NCBI RefSeq assembly: GCF_006345805.1
Contig: NW_021831834.1
Span: 1-64,000, forward strand
Reading direction: 5' to 3'
Length of the DNA stretch: 64,000 nucleotides
From: Octopus sinensis
Taxonomy: Eukaryota
Position numbers and translations under genes: made by a program
Notes under the pieces: generated by a model
What the model was told of the DNA's origin: nothing
The model's database searches: none
What the model saw: the letters and a program-made list of their open reading frames with translations, nothing else
Shown: positions 37,423 through 51,294 of the stretch, in pieces
Position numbering within the stretch: the stretch's first letter is position 1
Layout: the number at the start of each line of letters is the position of its first letter

Positions 37423-38559
37423 TCATCATCATCATTTAACGTCCGCTTTCCATGCTGGCATGGGATAGACAGTTTGACTGAGGACTGGTGAGCCAGAGGC
37501 TACATCAGGCTCAATCTGATCTGGCAAAGTTTCAATAGCTGGATGCCCTTTCTAATTCCAACCACTCTGAGAGTGTAGTGGGTGCTTTTATGTGCCACTG
37601 GTACGAGGGCCAATCAGGCGGTACTGGCAACGATCATAAAATGATGATGATGATGATGATGATGATGCATCTGGACACACATCTGTCACACCCTCTGTAT
37701 TGTTCTTGACATCGCATTTGCTTTGGCTACTCACTCAGAGAATACTGAATGGATAGACATGGTGTATGGATGTTGACTGGTGAAATAGACAGTGTAAGCA
37801 CGCATACCTGTAGATGGAAACTGTCTTTGTATGTGTTTGTATGTGTATGTATGTGTATGTATGTGTGTGCATATGCATGTGTCTGTCTGTGTTTGTTTAC
37901 ATTTGCACTTCTCAGAAAGCTGCTCAGCTACAAGTGATGATGTCAATGCTATTTCCCCTGTAAATAAATCATCCACTCCCTTTGTGCCTTTGAAGATATG
38001 TGAATTAAGAGAAAAACAGGTGAGCAAAAAAAGGGCATGTTGCAAAAACAAAAAAAAAAGCTTACTGACATGTTTATCTAACCCATGCTAGAATGGAAAG
38101 ACAGACATAAAATGAAAGGATGACTATGTTCTCTGACTGTCTTTCTTTCTCACTCTCCTCTCCCTCCCTCCCTTTCTTGTCTTACTGAGTAGCCAAGTAT
38201 CTCCTCTATAGTAAGACCAGCTATCCCTTGTACCTCTTTCATATTTCAACCTCTTGCCTGGCACATGGCCACCTCCCTCAATTGAGATGTTCTTGTCTTG
38301 CAAACTTCTTGGTGACCCTGTAAGTGTTGGTGTCACATTAAAAGCACCCATACTGGTTCCACACGGAAAGCACCTGTGTAGGTGCTACAGAAAAAGCACT
38401 CAGTAAGCTCTGTAAAGTGGATGGGTGTTAGAAAGGGTATTATGCCATAAGAAACCATGCCAAAACAGACAACTGTAGTGTGGCACACCCTTCTGGTTAG
38501 CCAACCCCCGTCAAACTGTCATGCCAACATGGAAAATATACTTTAAATATGGTGATGAT

Positions 38560-38584
<25 letters not shown>

Positions 38585-38590
<6 letters not shown>

Positions 38591-38749
38591 AGAATTAACA
38601 AAAAAACAAAAGACGAAGACAGGTGGTGTAGACAACAAACAGATGTCGGGAAGTGAAAAAGTCTTTAAAGTTTTGAGCCTATGCTTTTCCACAGAAAGAA
38701 ACAAGGAGAGAATACAAAGAATGTATTGTGGCTAGCAATCTATTATGGC

Positions 38750-38755
<6 letters not shown>
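38585..38755 (-). mobile_element. Short (TA)n-flanked element with a degenerate hammerhead-like motif
   Basis: Minus strand CTTT-CTGTGGA-A-AAGC(ATAG)GCTC-AAAA-CTTT-AAAG at 38663-38698. Confidence 0.4.
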
Positions 38756-38789
<34 letters not shown>

Positions 38790-38944
38790 TTAGAGAATAT
38801 TAGTTAGGGCTAGTTCATAGGGTTATCTAGAGTTTTATCTCCTCAAAGCACTTAGCTTTACACATATCTCATTAGATCCTATTTTCTCCATAACTCACAG
38901 TGTTCTTCCCTTTCGGGTCGATCAACATCAGTGGGAATTGCAGC

Positions 38945-39380
38945 TGTGGTTAAGCGAACCATCCGTTCGTGTCCGCTGCCAGCCTCGACTGGCCCCCGTG
39001 CCGGTGACACATAAAAGCACCATCCGTTCGTGGCCGTTTGCCAGCTCTGTCTGGCCCCCGTGTCGGTGGCACATAAAAGCACCATCCGTTCATGTCCGTT
39101 GCCAGCCTCGCCTGGCCCCGTGCCGGTGACACGTAAAAGCACCATCCGTTCGTGGCCGTTTGCCAGCCCTGTCTGGCACCTGTGCGGGTGGCATGTAAAA
39201 AGCACCCACTACACTCACGGAGTGGTTGGCGTTAAGAAGGGCATCCAGCCGTAGAAACACTGCCAGATCTGACTGGGCCTGACGAAGCCTTCCAGCTTCA
39301 CAGACCCCAGTTGAACCGTCCAACCCATACTAGCATGGAAAGCGGACGCTAATTGATGATGATGATGATGATGATGATGA
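38945..39380 (+). mobile_element. RTE 3' UTR with ABAB ~60-bp repeats
   Basis: Four hairpin-rich units, then the family core and (GAT)n. Confidence 0.85.
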
Positions 39381-39384
39381 TAAC

Positions 39385-40562
39385 AATATGTCAATGAACA
39401 GACACCCTTATAATCATTAAAATTTATTTAAATCTGATATTATACATTCAAATTATTTATTAATTGTTATAATGTGAATACTTACTATTTAATAGACATG
39501 CCCCTTGCATTTTTCAATGCAAGGACCCTATTAGGCATGTTAATGATCAGATGATGGAATCTCTTGCCAAATTTCATGTAGTAATCTCAAAAGATCTGCT
39601 TTTGAAGATGCTTTTGTGTTCTTTTTCTGAAGTGTCCTGTCCATTATGCTCCAGAGGTGTTCAATAGGGTTCATATCTGGCGACTGGCTTAGCCATGCAA
39701 GCTTTTTAATGCCATTCTCATCCAACAAATCTTGGGTGACAAGGAGCCCCTTCTTCCATAAATAAAGAGATTTCTTTAATCATTTCACCACTGAAGAAGA
39801 TTGGAAGGAGTCCTTTCTGCAATATGGACATATATTTATCTGAGTTTATGTTTCTTTCACACTCCACCAGCTCTGATTGACCATTGCTCCAAATTTCTCC
39901 CCAGACCATCAGAGAATAGCTGCCAGGTTTCATTGTTGGCTGCAACCTTTTCATGTCAAATTCTTGATCACAGAGTCTCCACCACTGTCAGAAAATACAG
40001 CAAATCTGGATTCATTGGAGAATATGATAGTGTCCCAAAATGCTAGTGGCCTCTTCACCATCTCACTGATCCAATATTTTCTCTGTTTGATATTGACTGG
40101 TCAAAGAAGTGGTCTCCTTGCTGCTCTTCCATAGTAGCCAAGTTTGTGGAGATATCTGACAGCTGTTCTGGGACTGACATCAATATGTTCAGCTTTGTCA
40201 GAGGCCTTGCAATGAAGATTATCTTAACAAAGAGAAGGGTCCTGTCAGAGAACCCTAGTCAATGTGGGTGAGGTGATGTGGACTCCTTCCCCTCTCTGGT
40301 GAATTGCACAATCACTCTGTTAACTGTAGAAAGTGGGATCCCAAGGTTTTCTGTGATTTTATGCTATGTCCACCTTCAGATTGCCCCACAATATGGCCTC
40401 TCTGAAATTCAGACAGTTCCAAGGTTTCTTTTGTACATGGCATGATTAAATAGTCACATATAGAACCTGAAACATAAAAATGTTAATTAATAAAGAATAT
40501 AAACCATTACAAGTTAGAATAAACATAAAACTATGTTTTATGGGGTGTCTATTTACTTCTGT

Positions 40563-40565
<3 letters not shown>
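39385..40565 (-). mobile_element. Decayed Tc1 transposon
   Basis: SLMVWG, FMEEGAPCH, WLSQSPDMNPIEHLW; N-terminal ELSEFQRG-like remnant near 40390-40440; degenerate AGACACCC-containing TIRs. Confidence 0.8.
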
Positions 40566-40636
<71 letters not shown>

Positions 40637-41014
40637 TGCATGCGTGTGTGTATGTATATATATCATCATATATATATATATATATATCTATGTATGTATA
40701 TAAAGTAAGTACCGTCTCAAGTTCTAGGATAGTTTTCATGATATTCAAATTACCAAGATCAGAATATGACCCTTGAACAGAATGCTTCTCCATTATAGGG
40801 CTACTCACTTACAGCTGAATCAATTGGAGCAATGTGAAATTAAAGTGTTTTGCTCAAGAACACAATGCACTTCCAGATCTGAGAATTGAAACTACAATCT
40901 TGTAATCATGAGCACAACACCCTAACCACGTTTTCATAATCACACATGCATTTACACACACATATAAACATACTCATTTACACACACACACATTCATTTA
41001 CATGCACACATTTC

Positions 41015-41460
41015 ATCATCATCATCATCATCATCATTTAGCGTCCACTTTCCATGCTAGCATGGGTTGGACGGATCAACTGGGGTCTGTGAAGCTGGAA
41101 GGCTTCGTCAGGCCCAGTCAGATCTGGCAGTGTTTCTACGGCTGGATGCCCTTCTTAACGCCAACCACTCCACGAGTGTAGTGGGTGTTTTTTACGTGCC
41201 ACCTGCACAGGTGCCAGACAGAGCTGGCGAACGGCCACGAACGGATGGTGCTTTTACGTGTCACCGGCACGGGGCCAGGCGATGCTGGCAACGGACACGA
41301 ACGGATGGTGCTTTTACGTGCCACCGACACGGGGCCAGACAGAGCTGGCAACCGGCCACGAACGGACGGTGCTTTTACGTGTCACCGGCACGGGGGCCAG
41401 CCGAGGCTGGCAACGGACATGAACGGATGGTGCTTTTACGTGCCACCGACACGGGGCCAA
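41015..41460 (-). mobile_element. RTE 3' UTR with ABAB repeats, inverted near-twin of 38945-39380
   Basis: Shares diagnostic variants (TAAGAAGGG, CTGACGAAGCCTTCCAGCTTC) with the 39-kb copy. Confidence 0.85.
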
Positions 41461-41504
41461 CATACACAAATTCACTTTCATGCACATGCTATAAACATAC
41501 ATAT

Positions 41505-41546
<42 letters not shown>

Positions 41547-42120
41547 ATCCATATATAGTTCTAAGAAATTAATGGTCCAAATAGGAATTTTTATACTGGA
41601 ACCTTGGTTCATAAGTTAATAAGTAAGATCTGAATATAGAAAAAGCCTTGGAAAGAAAAATATTAGTACCAAGGATAAATTAACCTGTTATTAATAGAAG
41701 TTACATGGAAACAATGAATCAAACTCTGTAGAGCATCCTACCATGGTAAGATACAATATTTTATTAATACCATTAATATAACATTGATTTTTAACTTTGG
41801 AACAAAGCCACGAATTGGAGTTTGAATTCTGCTGAGGTCAGCTTTGCCCTTCATTCTTCTGGGATCAATAGAATTATATACTAAACAAGTACTGTGATTG
41901 ATTTCTGTTCCTTTAATACATTTCAGATTTAAATGAAATTATAACAGAGCACTAAAGCCCTACAAGGAAAAAAGATAAAAAGAGGTAATATTTATCCCTG
42001 CTTAAACATGGGTGTTCTGTTAGAACAAACTATACTGTGGTAGATATCATGAGAGAAACTCTCACATTGGCTTTTGGTGAAAAATTCTCAAATAAGGTAA
42101 AGATGACATGTAATGTTGGT

Positions 42121-42510
42121 TTCATATTTTGGTGCATGGCCAGCAATTTTAGGGGATGGGCAAATCAATTACATTGACCCAAGTGCTCAACTGGTACTTA
42201 TTTTATTGACCCCAAAAAGGATGAAAGGTAAAGTGGAACTTGGTGGAATTTGAACTCAGAATGTGAAGATGGATGAAATGCTGCTAAGCATTTTTCCTGG
42301 TGTAGAAACGATTCTGCCAGTTTGCTGCTTTAAGATGACATATAATATTGATTTCAAATTTTGGCACAAGGCCAGCAATTTCGGGGCAGGGGTAAGTTGA
42401 TTACACCAACCCCAAAGTTAAACAGGTACTTATTTAATCAACTCTGAAAGGATGAGACGAAATGCCGCTAAGCATTTTGTCCAATGTACTAATGGTTCTG
42501 TCAGCTCACC
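42121..42510 (-). mobile_element. Two S1 SINE units
   Basis: Family core and GAATTTGAACTC (B box, reverse complement); other S1 copies at 34404-34618, 46017-46247 and 60060-60290. Confidence 0.75.
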
Positions 42511-43052
42511 ACCATCGGATGGCATATAATATTAATAACAGCATAGATAGGCATAGACATAGCTGTGTGGATAAGAAGGTTGTTTTGTAAGCACATGATT
42601 TTGGATTCAGTCCTATTGTGTGGAATATTTGATAAGTGTATAGCCCTAAGCAAACCAATGGTCTACAAGTGAATTTGAAAAATGGAAACTATGTGGAAGC
42701 TCATCATGTGTGTGTGTGCGTGTGTGTGTGTGCGTGCGTAGGTGTGTGTGTGTGTGTGCGCATATGTGTGTGTGTGTGTGTTTGCATTTGTGCTTGTCCA
42801 ACCCTCCACTTGACAACTGGTACTAGTTTATGTCTCCATAAACTCTTTTATTCTTTTACTTGTTTCAGTCATGTGACTGTGGGCATGCTGGAACACCGCT
42901 TTTAGTCGAGAAAATTTAGCCCAGGACTTATTCTTTGAAACCTAGTACTTATTCTATCGGTCTCTTTTTTGCCGAACCACTAAGTTACGGGGACATAAAC
43001 ACACCAGCATCAGTTGTCAAGTAATGTTGGGGGAACAAACACAGACACACAA

Positions 43053-43101
<49 letters not shown>

Positions 43102-43581
43102 TACGACGGGCTTCTTTCAGTTTCCGTCTACCAAATCCACGGCCCGAGGCTATAGTAGAAGACACTTAACCAAGGTGCCATGCAGTAGGACTGAACCCGG
43201 AACCATGTGGTTCATAAGCATTTAAGATTGAACTCTTAATTGATCAAAGCTTTGTGAGTGAAATTTGGGAGACGGAAACTTTATGGAAGGCCACCATAAG
43301 AACCACTTCTACTGTTGGAGAGCAGAGTTAATCTAATCTGTTGCCCAGTTTAACAAAACAACCATTCGGCTGCAGATTAAAGCAAAGGGAACAGCAGGAT
43401 GTTGATTTAAGTATCACTACAGTGCTACTACATACTTCAGTCCATGTGTATATATCTTTTATCTTCTACTAGCTTCAGTCATTAGACTACAGCCATGCTG
43501 GGGCACCACCTTGAATTTTTTATAGCTGAATCAATCAGCCCCAGTACTTATTTTTTAAGCCTAGTACTTATTTTATCGGTC

Positions 43582-43620
<39 letters not shown>

Positions 43621-43869
43621 CATCATCATCATCACCACCGCAAAACGAATGTGGAATGATGACGATGATATGTGTGTGTGTGTGTGCATGTGTGCATGCA
43701 TGTGTTTTTTTGTATGTGTGTGTGTGTGTGTGTATGCGTGTGTGTGTGTGTGTATAAGTATTGCCAATTGAGCAGAATATGCTTCACTGGAGAGGCCTAA
43801 TAAGACTGAAACGTCCATTACTTTTTGGCTTTAAAGACTACACATCAATCCAGTCTGTATTGTCTACAT

Positions 43870-44151
43870 CAGTGGTTCTCAAAGTGGGGGTGGTATTACT
43901 CCCCCACTCACTGGAGGTGGTGAAAAGTTCCAAGGGGCATTGAAAAAAAGTAGGGCAATAATAGGGTAGTGATTCATGTAAAAACAACAAAATAATGGGT
44001 TCATTAGGTTAAGTTTTATTTGTGAAATACAGTTGCTTTGAATTTTCTCAAAAAGAGGTCTATGTTTGTGATGTTTAGTTGGGGTAGGGGTGCTAGGAAT
44101 ATGGCCTGGGTGTCAAGGGGGTGGTAGCCTGAAAAAGTTTGGAAACTACTG
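43870..44151. mobile_element. hAT (Charlie-like) MITE, 282 bp
   Basis: TIR CAGTGGTTCTCAAA / TTTGGAAACTACTG; perfect 8-bp TSD GTCTACAT (43862-43869, 44152-44159). Confidence 0.9.
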
Positions 44152-45319
44152 GTCTACATTATCTAAATTTTGAAAAATAACCAATCTTCTTATAGTATCC
44201 CACTTGCATACTGTTTCAAGAACGTCTTAGAGAGAGAGTTTTTGTCTGTTAATTCCTTGAAGATTTTCAACTCACTACACCACACACACATGAGACCTTC
44301 TTATATTTATACTTGACATTATTTATTTTTGTGTTACTATGAATCTAAAATATATTTTATTACTTAAGTATTGCAATGATTTTCTTTCCAACTATTTACA
44401 AGAATTATTTATGAGGGAAATTTACAAAATCTTGGAAAATAAGAAAATATGTATAAAAAGAAAATATAAAGAAATCTGTGAAAAATTATATTTAGAAAGG
44501 AAAACACATCGAATATATGAGAGACTGAATGTGTGTGAATATTGTCTGAGGGTGTATATAAAAGCAAAGTGTGTGTGTGTGTGTTTGAGACTGTTGTGAA
44601 TGTGTATTCAATTCAATGTGCTCAGTTATTGCTTTCTCATTGCAGAGATAAAACCCTGTTTGTATTTCTTCATAAACTTTCGGTTTTAAGTTTCTGATCT
44701 TTAACTTTTATTTGTTTCAGTCAGCAGACCGAATTGTTTTGTTGAACAAATCAACCCCAGTGCTCACTTCTAAGCTTGACACTAATTCTATTGGTCTATT
44801 TTGATGAACCCTGAGTTACAGGTTTGTAAACAAATCAACACTCTTTTACTTGTTTCAGTCATTTGACTATGGCCATGCTGGAGCACTACCTTTAGTCGAG
44901 CAAATTGATCCTAGAGTTTATCCTTTGTAAGCATAGTACTTATTCTATCGGTCTCTTTTGCCAAACCGCTAAGTTACAGGGACGTAAACACACCAGCATC
45001 AGTTGTCAAGCGATGGTGGGGGACAAACACATACACACAAACATATACACACAAACATACACACACACACACACACATATATATATACATATACACGACG
45101 GGCTTTTTCCAGTTTCCATCTATCAAATCCACTCACAAGGCTTTGGTTGGCCTGAAGCTATAGTAGAAGACACTTGCCCAAGGTGCCATGCAGTGGGACT
45201 GAAGCCAAGACCATGTGGTTGGTAAACAAGCTACTTATCACACAGCCATACATACATAATACATACGTACGTACATACATACATCCATATATATGTACAT
45301 ACATACATACAAACAAACA

Positions 45320-45700
45320 AACAAAAATACCCTGTTGTTGATGTTGAAATTCCAATGAAGGAACCTTGGATCTGGGTTAGAAACCAGTTCTTGCTCTATT
45401 GTCAAGAAATCTTGAAATAAACTGAATAATGACATACATACATACATACATACATACATACATACATACATACTGTAAACATCTGTAAAACTTTCCAGAA
45501 GTTTATCATTTAAATGTATATGAGCATGTCTCGACATGCAACTATATGGATGAAAATACATACATAAAGCAAAACATACAAATCTGAACATATACATACA
45601 TACATACATACATACATACCATGTTGTTGATATTGAAATTCCAATGAAGGAGCCTTGGATCTAGGTTAGAAACTGGCTCTTTCTCTATATCGAACGTTCG
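45320..45700 (+). repeat. Two copies of a ~100-bp repeat (GTTGATGTTGAAATTCCAATGAAGGA.CCTTGGATCT) tied to (CATA)n
   Basis: Copies at 45330-45430 and 45620-45700; an inverted copy at 22275-22390. Confidence 0.7.
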
Positions 45701-47167
45701 TATAAACGCTTGTGTACCTGGGGAATTTTCTTTGATGTAAATCAATGTTTTTCCTTTTTCTTCTTATATGTATCTGCCGATATATAATGCTTTGCATGGT
45801 ACTGTATTATTGTTGTTGTTTTTGTTGTTGTTTTTATGTTGCTAGCCGTGTGATGCATGTATTGTTTTGCAGGTATTAATGCTATTAATAATAATAATAA
45901 TGATATTAGTAGCAATAGTGGCAATGGCAATAGTAATGATGGTAATATTAATGGCATTTTGTAACTTAATATAATGAACTCTTGACTTTGTATATCTACA
46001 TTTGAATATAGATATATATTTCTATACTGCCCACAAGGGGCTAAACATAGAGGGGACAAACAAGGACAGACAAAGGGAGTAAGTTGATTACATCGACCCC
46101 AGTGTGAAACTGGTACTTTATTTATCAACCCCGAAAGGATGAAAGGTAAAGTCGACCTCGGCAGAATTTGAACTCAGAATGTAAAGACAGACGAAATACC
46201 TCTAAGCATTTCGCCTGGCGCGCTAACGTTTCTGCCGGCTCGCCGCCTATATTTGAATATAGATATGTGTATGTTTCTATATTGTAATATTCTGATATAT
46301 TGTTTTGACCAACTGTAACCTTGAATATAGCACATAAATATGTATATTGCTTTTTATATGGCACCATTATATCAACTGTTAAATGAATGCCTTAGTATAC
46401 TGTTTGATTAACCAATTTTTCAAAACTTACGACACTAATATATCCTTTGGAAAGGCATCAACATCACATATTACATTTCTTTTATGGCAGTTTAAGAAAT
46501 AAATACTATTGTTGAATAATGTACAGGAGTTAACTTCTCAAGTAAGTATTAATGTTATGCAAAGAACCTGACAACACTCTCACAACCAAGTGAGTTGTTA
46601 CAACTTCAATAGACATTTGATTTCTTTTATTGTATTGAATATTACTTGCATATTTTAGTTTGTACTAAGTCGATATTTTATTCACAAATACATAGTTTTG
46701 TTATGACAAGTCTTCAGTTAAATATCATTGTTGTATTCATGTTTCTAGAATTTTCTGTTGCAGAGTTAAGAGGAGTGCCTTCACTCCTCTCACTTTGCAT
46801 TCTGTGCATTGGTACAGTGTTCTGTTGAAAGCTGTAGTTATAACATACTACAATACATCAGCACACAGAACAAATTTAATGAGTAGTTTTTCTTTTAGAC
46901 TTCTCTGTCTGTCAAACTGTTTAGTGTTCAAAGCACAGCAGTTCTACTTATTCTATACTGACATACATAATTTCATAGTTGAACAGTCAATATATCAGTG
47001 TAACTTTATAATTGGACAAGTCCATTGCTGTCAGGCAAGGGATGTCACGAATAGGAAAGAATGGGTCCATAAGTAACTTGTGTAGTTCTTTAGTTTCAAG
47101 TCAGCTCTGGTTTTAATAATACTGTCCTTCTTTTGGTCTCCATACTGTCTCTACATGTCTAAATTGT

Positions 47168-47488
47168 GGGCGCATGGCTTAGTGGTCAGAGCATTTGGCT
47201 CATGATCGTAAGGTTTTGAGTTCGATACCCGGCAATGTGTTGTGTCCTTGAGCAAGACACTTTATTTCACGTTGCTCCAGTCCACTCAGCTGGCAAAAAT
47301 GAGTTGTACCTGTATTTCAAAAGGGCCAGCCTTGTCACACTCTGTGTCACGCTGAATCTCCCTGAGAACTACATTAGGGGTACACATGTCTGTGGAGTGC
47401 TCAGCCACTTGCATGTTAATTTCATGAACAAGCTATTCCGTTGATCGTATCAGCTGGGACCCTTGTCGTCGTAACTGACGGAGTGCTC
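47168..47488 (+). mobile_element. Full-length tRNA-derived SINE (third family) with a 17-bp TSD
   Basis: A box TGGCTTAGTGG, B box GAGTTCGATACC; TSD CTACATGTCTAAATTGT at 47151-47167 and 47489-47505. Confidence 0.9.
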
Positions 47489-50400
47489 CTACATGTCTAA
47501 ATTGTCCATTATTCCAATTAAATGACCAACAATGTATGGGTCTAGTGTGTGGATAGTGTAGAGATGTAATGGAGAGGCATATTGCACAGATGGAATAGCA
47601 ATGTCGAGATAGAATGAGAGACACTGTTCCACAATTGCATCCTTAAAATGTCTTTTATTCCATTTCCACATTGATCCTCAATTTCATCTCTACTGTGTTG
47701 TTCCATGCCACTCAGCACTGTTCCCTATTCCATCTTTTCTTCATTCTCCATACAATCTCTTCACTTTCCTTCCTTCTATCTCCATACTGTCTCCCTCTTT
47801 ATCTCTACAGTGTTCCTCACTCCTGACTCCATGATGATTCTCTGTTTATCCCTACAGTCCATCCATTGATCCATCAATCCATCCACCCACCCATCCATCT
47901 GTCTGTCTGCCTATCCATCTCTCTCTCTCTCTATCTATCGATTTCTTTTTTCTTTTTTACGATCCCTTTTGATCAAAAACCTACCCCACTTCTTTTTTTT
48001 TCCTCCCCAAAAAGAAAAGCTCTACTTTGTAATTTGTCCCCTCTGTGTGGTTAATAAAGAAGCATATCTATCTATTTATCTACACAGTTCTCACTCCATC
48101 TCCATTGTGTCTCCACTCCCATCTCTATATTAATTCTCACTCCATCCCTAGAGCCACTCTCTGTCTATGTCTGTGGTCTCTCTTTCTTTCCCTATATTAT
48201 CCTTCACTCCATCCCTTCATTACCATCTCTCCATCTCCACATTATTCCTTACCCAATCTCAACACTATTATCAACTTTCTCTCTTCATTCTCAATACTGG
48301 AGCTTACCTTAAAACTAAAGTGTGAACAGCATATCTTTACTCACATTTTGTTTCTTTGAAATGTGGAGGAGGATTTGATGCAGGTGTTTAATTGATATGA
48401 AGTTTAAAGTGAAATTGGTGCATTGGGGGGGGGGGGAGAGAGGAGACAGACAGACAGGCAGATAAAAAGATTAAAAGTACTAAAATGATTGACAGATATG
48501 ATGTCTATTACAGAGATGAAAGATAGAAAGCAGGGAGGAAAGATGTAAACAAGCAGTTCCTAACAAGGAAAGTTCTTTATTGGAGGAGAAAACAGAAATA
48601 TGATATACACAAAGGTAAATATGGGTATTTAGGAGTTTCTCATTCTCTTCTAATATAAATACATGTGAAAAGAAATAATGATGAGGTTATTTTATATAGT
48701 GCTCAAGTACACTACAACTCATCAGAAAAGGTTAAAAGAAGTGATAGATAGCAGATGTATAAGTCAAGTAAAGAAAGAAGCCACATAAGCTAGAAGTACA
48801 TGTACAGTTTACAGAATGAATCAAGACAGAAAAGTGAACATTAACATTAAAATGTTATTTCCTTTAGTTTCAAACCACATTGATTTCTCACAATATTCAA
48901 TCCATATTACCAAAACTTGAAGCTGTACAACTTCTAACACCAAGAAAACATATCTTTCTCTCATTCTGTTACCTATTTTTTAAATCTTCACTGAAATTTT
49001 ACTAAAATCAGCAACAATTTTATCAAGTTTCAATAAATTAATGAATAAAAATTAAAATGTTTCCTTCAGATTCAATATGCTAAATTCTGAATAAGGCAGA
49101 TTAACAGACTAACAGACAGACTGACAAACAAACTAGTACTGACATATGAAAGATCATTTTTAGACATTTAATTCAATAATGTAATCTTGTCTAGATAGCT
49201 TAATGAGAATTTCGTGCTGTTCTGTTTATGATATGAAGTTTAAGGAAGTAGTTAAAACAGATTCAACCTGTTTATGATAAATGTCTCCTCTTATTTTTAT
49301 TTTCTTACTTTAACAGCAAATCTGTGGTTTAGACATTAAAAAGAAAAAAAGGAAAAAGAAGAAATGTGAACATAAAATGCTATTGCATGGTGATTGTTCC
49401 TTCATAGAATTTAATGTTGTATTCTCTAATTGCTCACCTTATGCCACTAAGTCATAACACAGACAGACACACACACACACACCAGGCATTCAATAGAGTT
49501 TCGTTATTTAGTAAGGTTGAAGTTTCAATGTGTCATTCTGCAGGAATGTTCATATATAATTATCAAGTAAAACTTCCTAGTAACACCACTAATTGATTGG
49601 TTGAGTTTTATCTTGTTATTATAAACACAAATATAAACTAACACATTGATTCTCAAACTAACAAATACCAGGTTTCTTACTCCTCCACTGTCCCACAAAA
49701 GTATCAGTGAAATTTCCAGCAGTCCCTGGCCCACCATCGCTATGTATTAATGTAAAGATAAAACAGAGTTTGCATCTGTATAATTTTTCTTTTTTTGCCA
49801 TTGTGTTGTAAAAATTAGAAAATTTAAAAACATCTTAATTTTATTAAACATGGCAATTTGTTTGTCCCCTTTTCAATTTTCCTTCACAGACTCCCTTTCA
49901 ATCTGCTTTCTCTTTAATCCTCAATGAAAACAGTGAAATATCATGACACGACACCAATTCTTCTTTTACCTCACTTTCTCTTGACTCAGACTTATTACAA
50001 GTCAACAAGGAAGCCTCTATAGGAAAAGACCCATCGAACTAAATAGAATGGGTCATCTCAAGTACTGCAAATCACTAATTGTCTTGGTCCCTTGAAATCT
50101 CCTCTATGAAGCTCAACTTCTTTAGATCATTCATCATTACTTTGTCCCATATCTTCCTGGGTCTTCCTCTTCCACAGGTTCTCTCCCCATTTAGAGATCA
50201 GCACTTCTTTATGCAGATGCCTTCATCTGTGTGCATCACATGACCATACCAGCACAGTCACTCAAAATGAAAATCTTAAGGTATTTTATCAAATTATAAT
50301 TATTTTTAAAGATCCAACTCTGTATTTGAAGGACCAGTGTATGTAGATCAGCTTGTACAGAGGAGAGGTAATTGAAATAAATAGAAGGGTTCCAATAGTT

Positions 50401-51294
50401 AGTATTTTCTCTTTCTTTGCTAGCCAACATATTTGAGACATTTATAAGGTCAACCATGGAAGACAGCTTAGACATGATAAATTATACAGCAAATTTGAAT
50501 GGGTGGACCTATTCACTATAAATCCTGATCTTATTTTAAACCAAATCTAAAAACACAAAGCTTAAATGCTATGACATTATGTGAATTCACTAATATATAG
50601 AATTGTTACATAAACAACTAAAATGTACAAGTTAAATATCATCTTCTGATATCTCCTGATACCCAACCTTAGTATAATGTAAATTTATCTTTGTGTTCTA
50701 ACATTGAAAATGTGATTCTGTTAACTTAAATTTATCATTTGTGCTGTAGTTTTGCTTGTGGCCTAAGGTTAAAATAAAAACTGCACATGATAAAATGTTT
50801 CTTATTTGTTTAAGAATCCTGATTTAAATTAATGAGGATGGTTAACATTGCGGTGTCTGAAATATTTTAGTAGTAATCTAGTTCATTCAACTGAATGGGG
50901 AAAAGCTCAATTATTGTATGATGAGTTAGAGAAATAGAATAGCATATCTCTAACAAAAATGGAATAGCAAATCTCTAGCAAAAATGAAGCCTGCCCATTT
51001 ACCATTGCTATTCAATTTGATAACTGTAATTTGTTTAATTTAAAGAGTTGGAAATCTGAGTGTGGCCTCCATCAGCCAAGGTTGATCATGCATCTGCACA
51101 TGTATGTACATGGCTGGATAAGATTTTTTTGAGGAAGACTAGCAGTGGCCCATACATGTAAGTCTTACCTTTCAGTACTACTAATATTTATCTAAGGGAA
51201 ATGACACCAGCTTGGGCTGAAACAGCCTGGCACCAGTATCACTGCATATATGAATAAATATAAATATATAAAAATTATATAAATAAATATGTAA

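Noticed and set aside
38953-39200. Regular ~60-bp repeats resembling a CRISPR array or HDV-like ribozyme P3
   Set aside because: No unique spacers, eukaryotic LINE UTR context, and no P1/P2/P4 nested pseudoknot could be built.
39279-39305. CTGACGA-AGC..GCT in the RTE UTR
   Set aside because: Followed by TCAC rather than GAAA; other UTR copies read CTGATGCAG or CTGGTGCAG.
50236-50475. 79-aa minus-strand ORF in unique-looking sequence
   Set aside because: No recognisable domain or clear splice signals; it runs into an RTE fragment.
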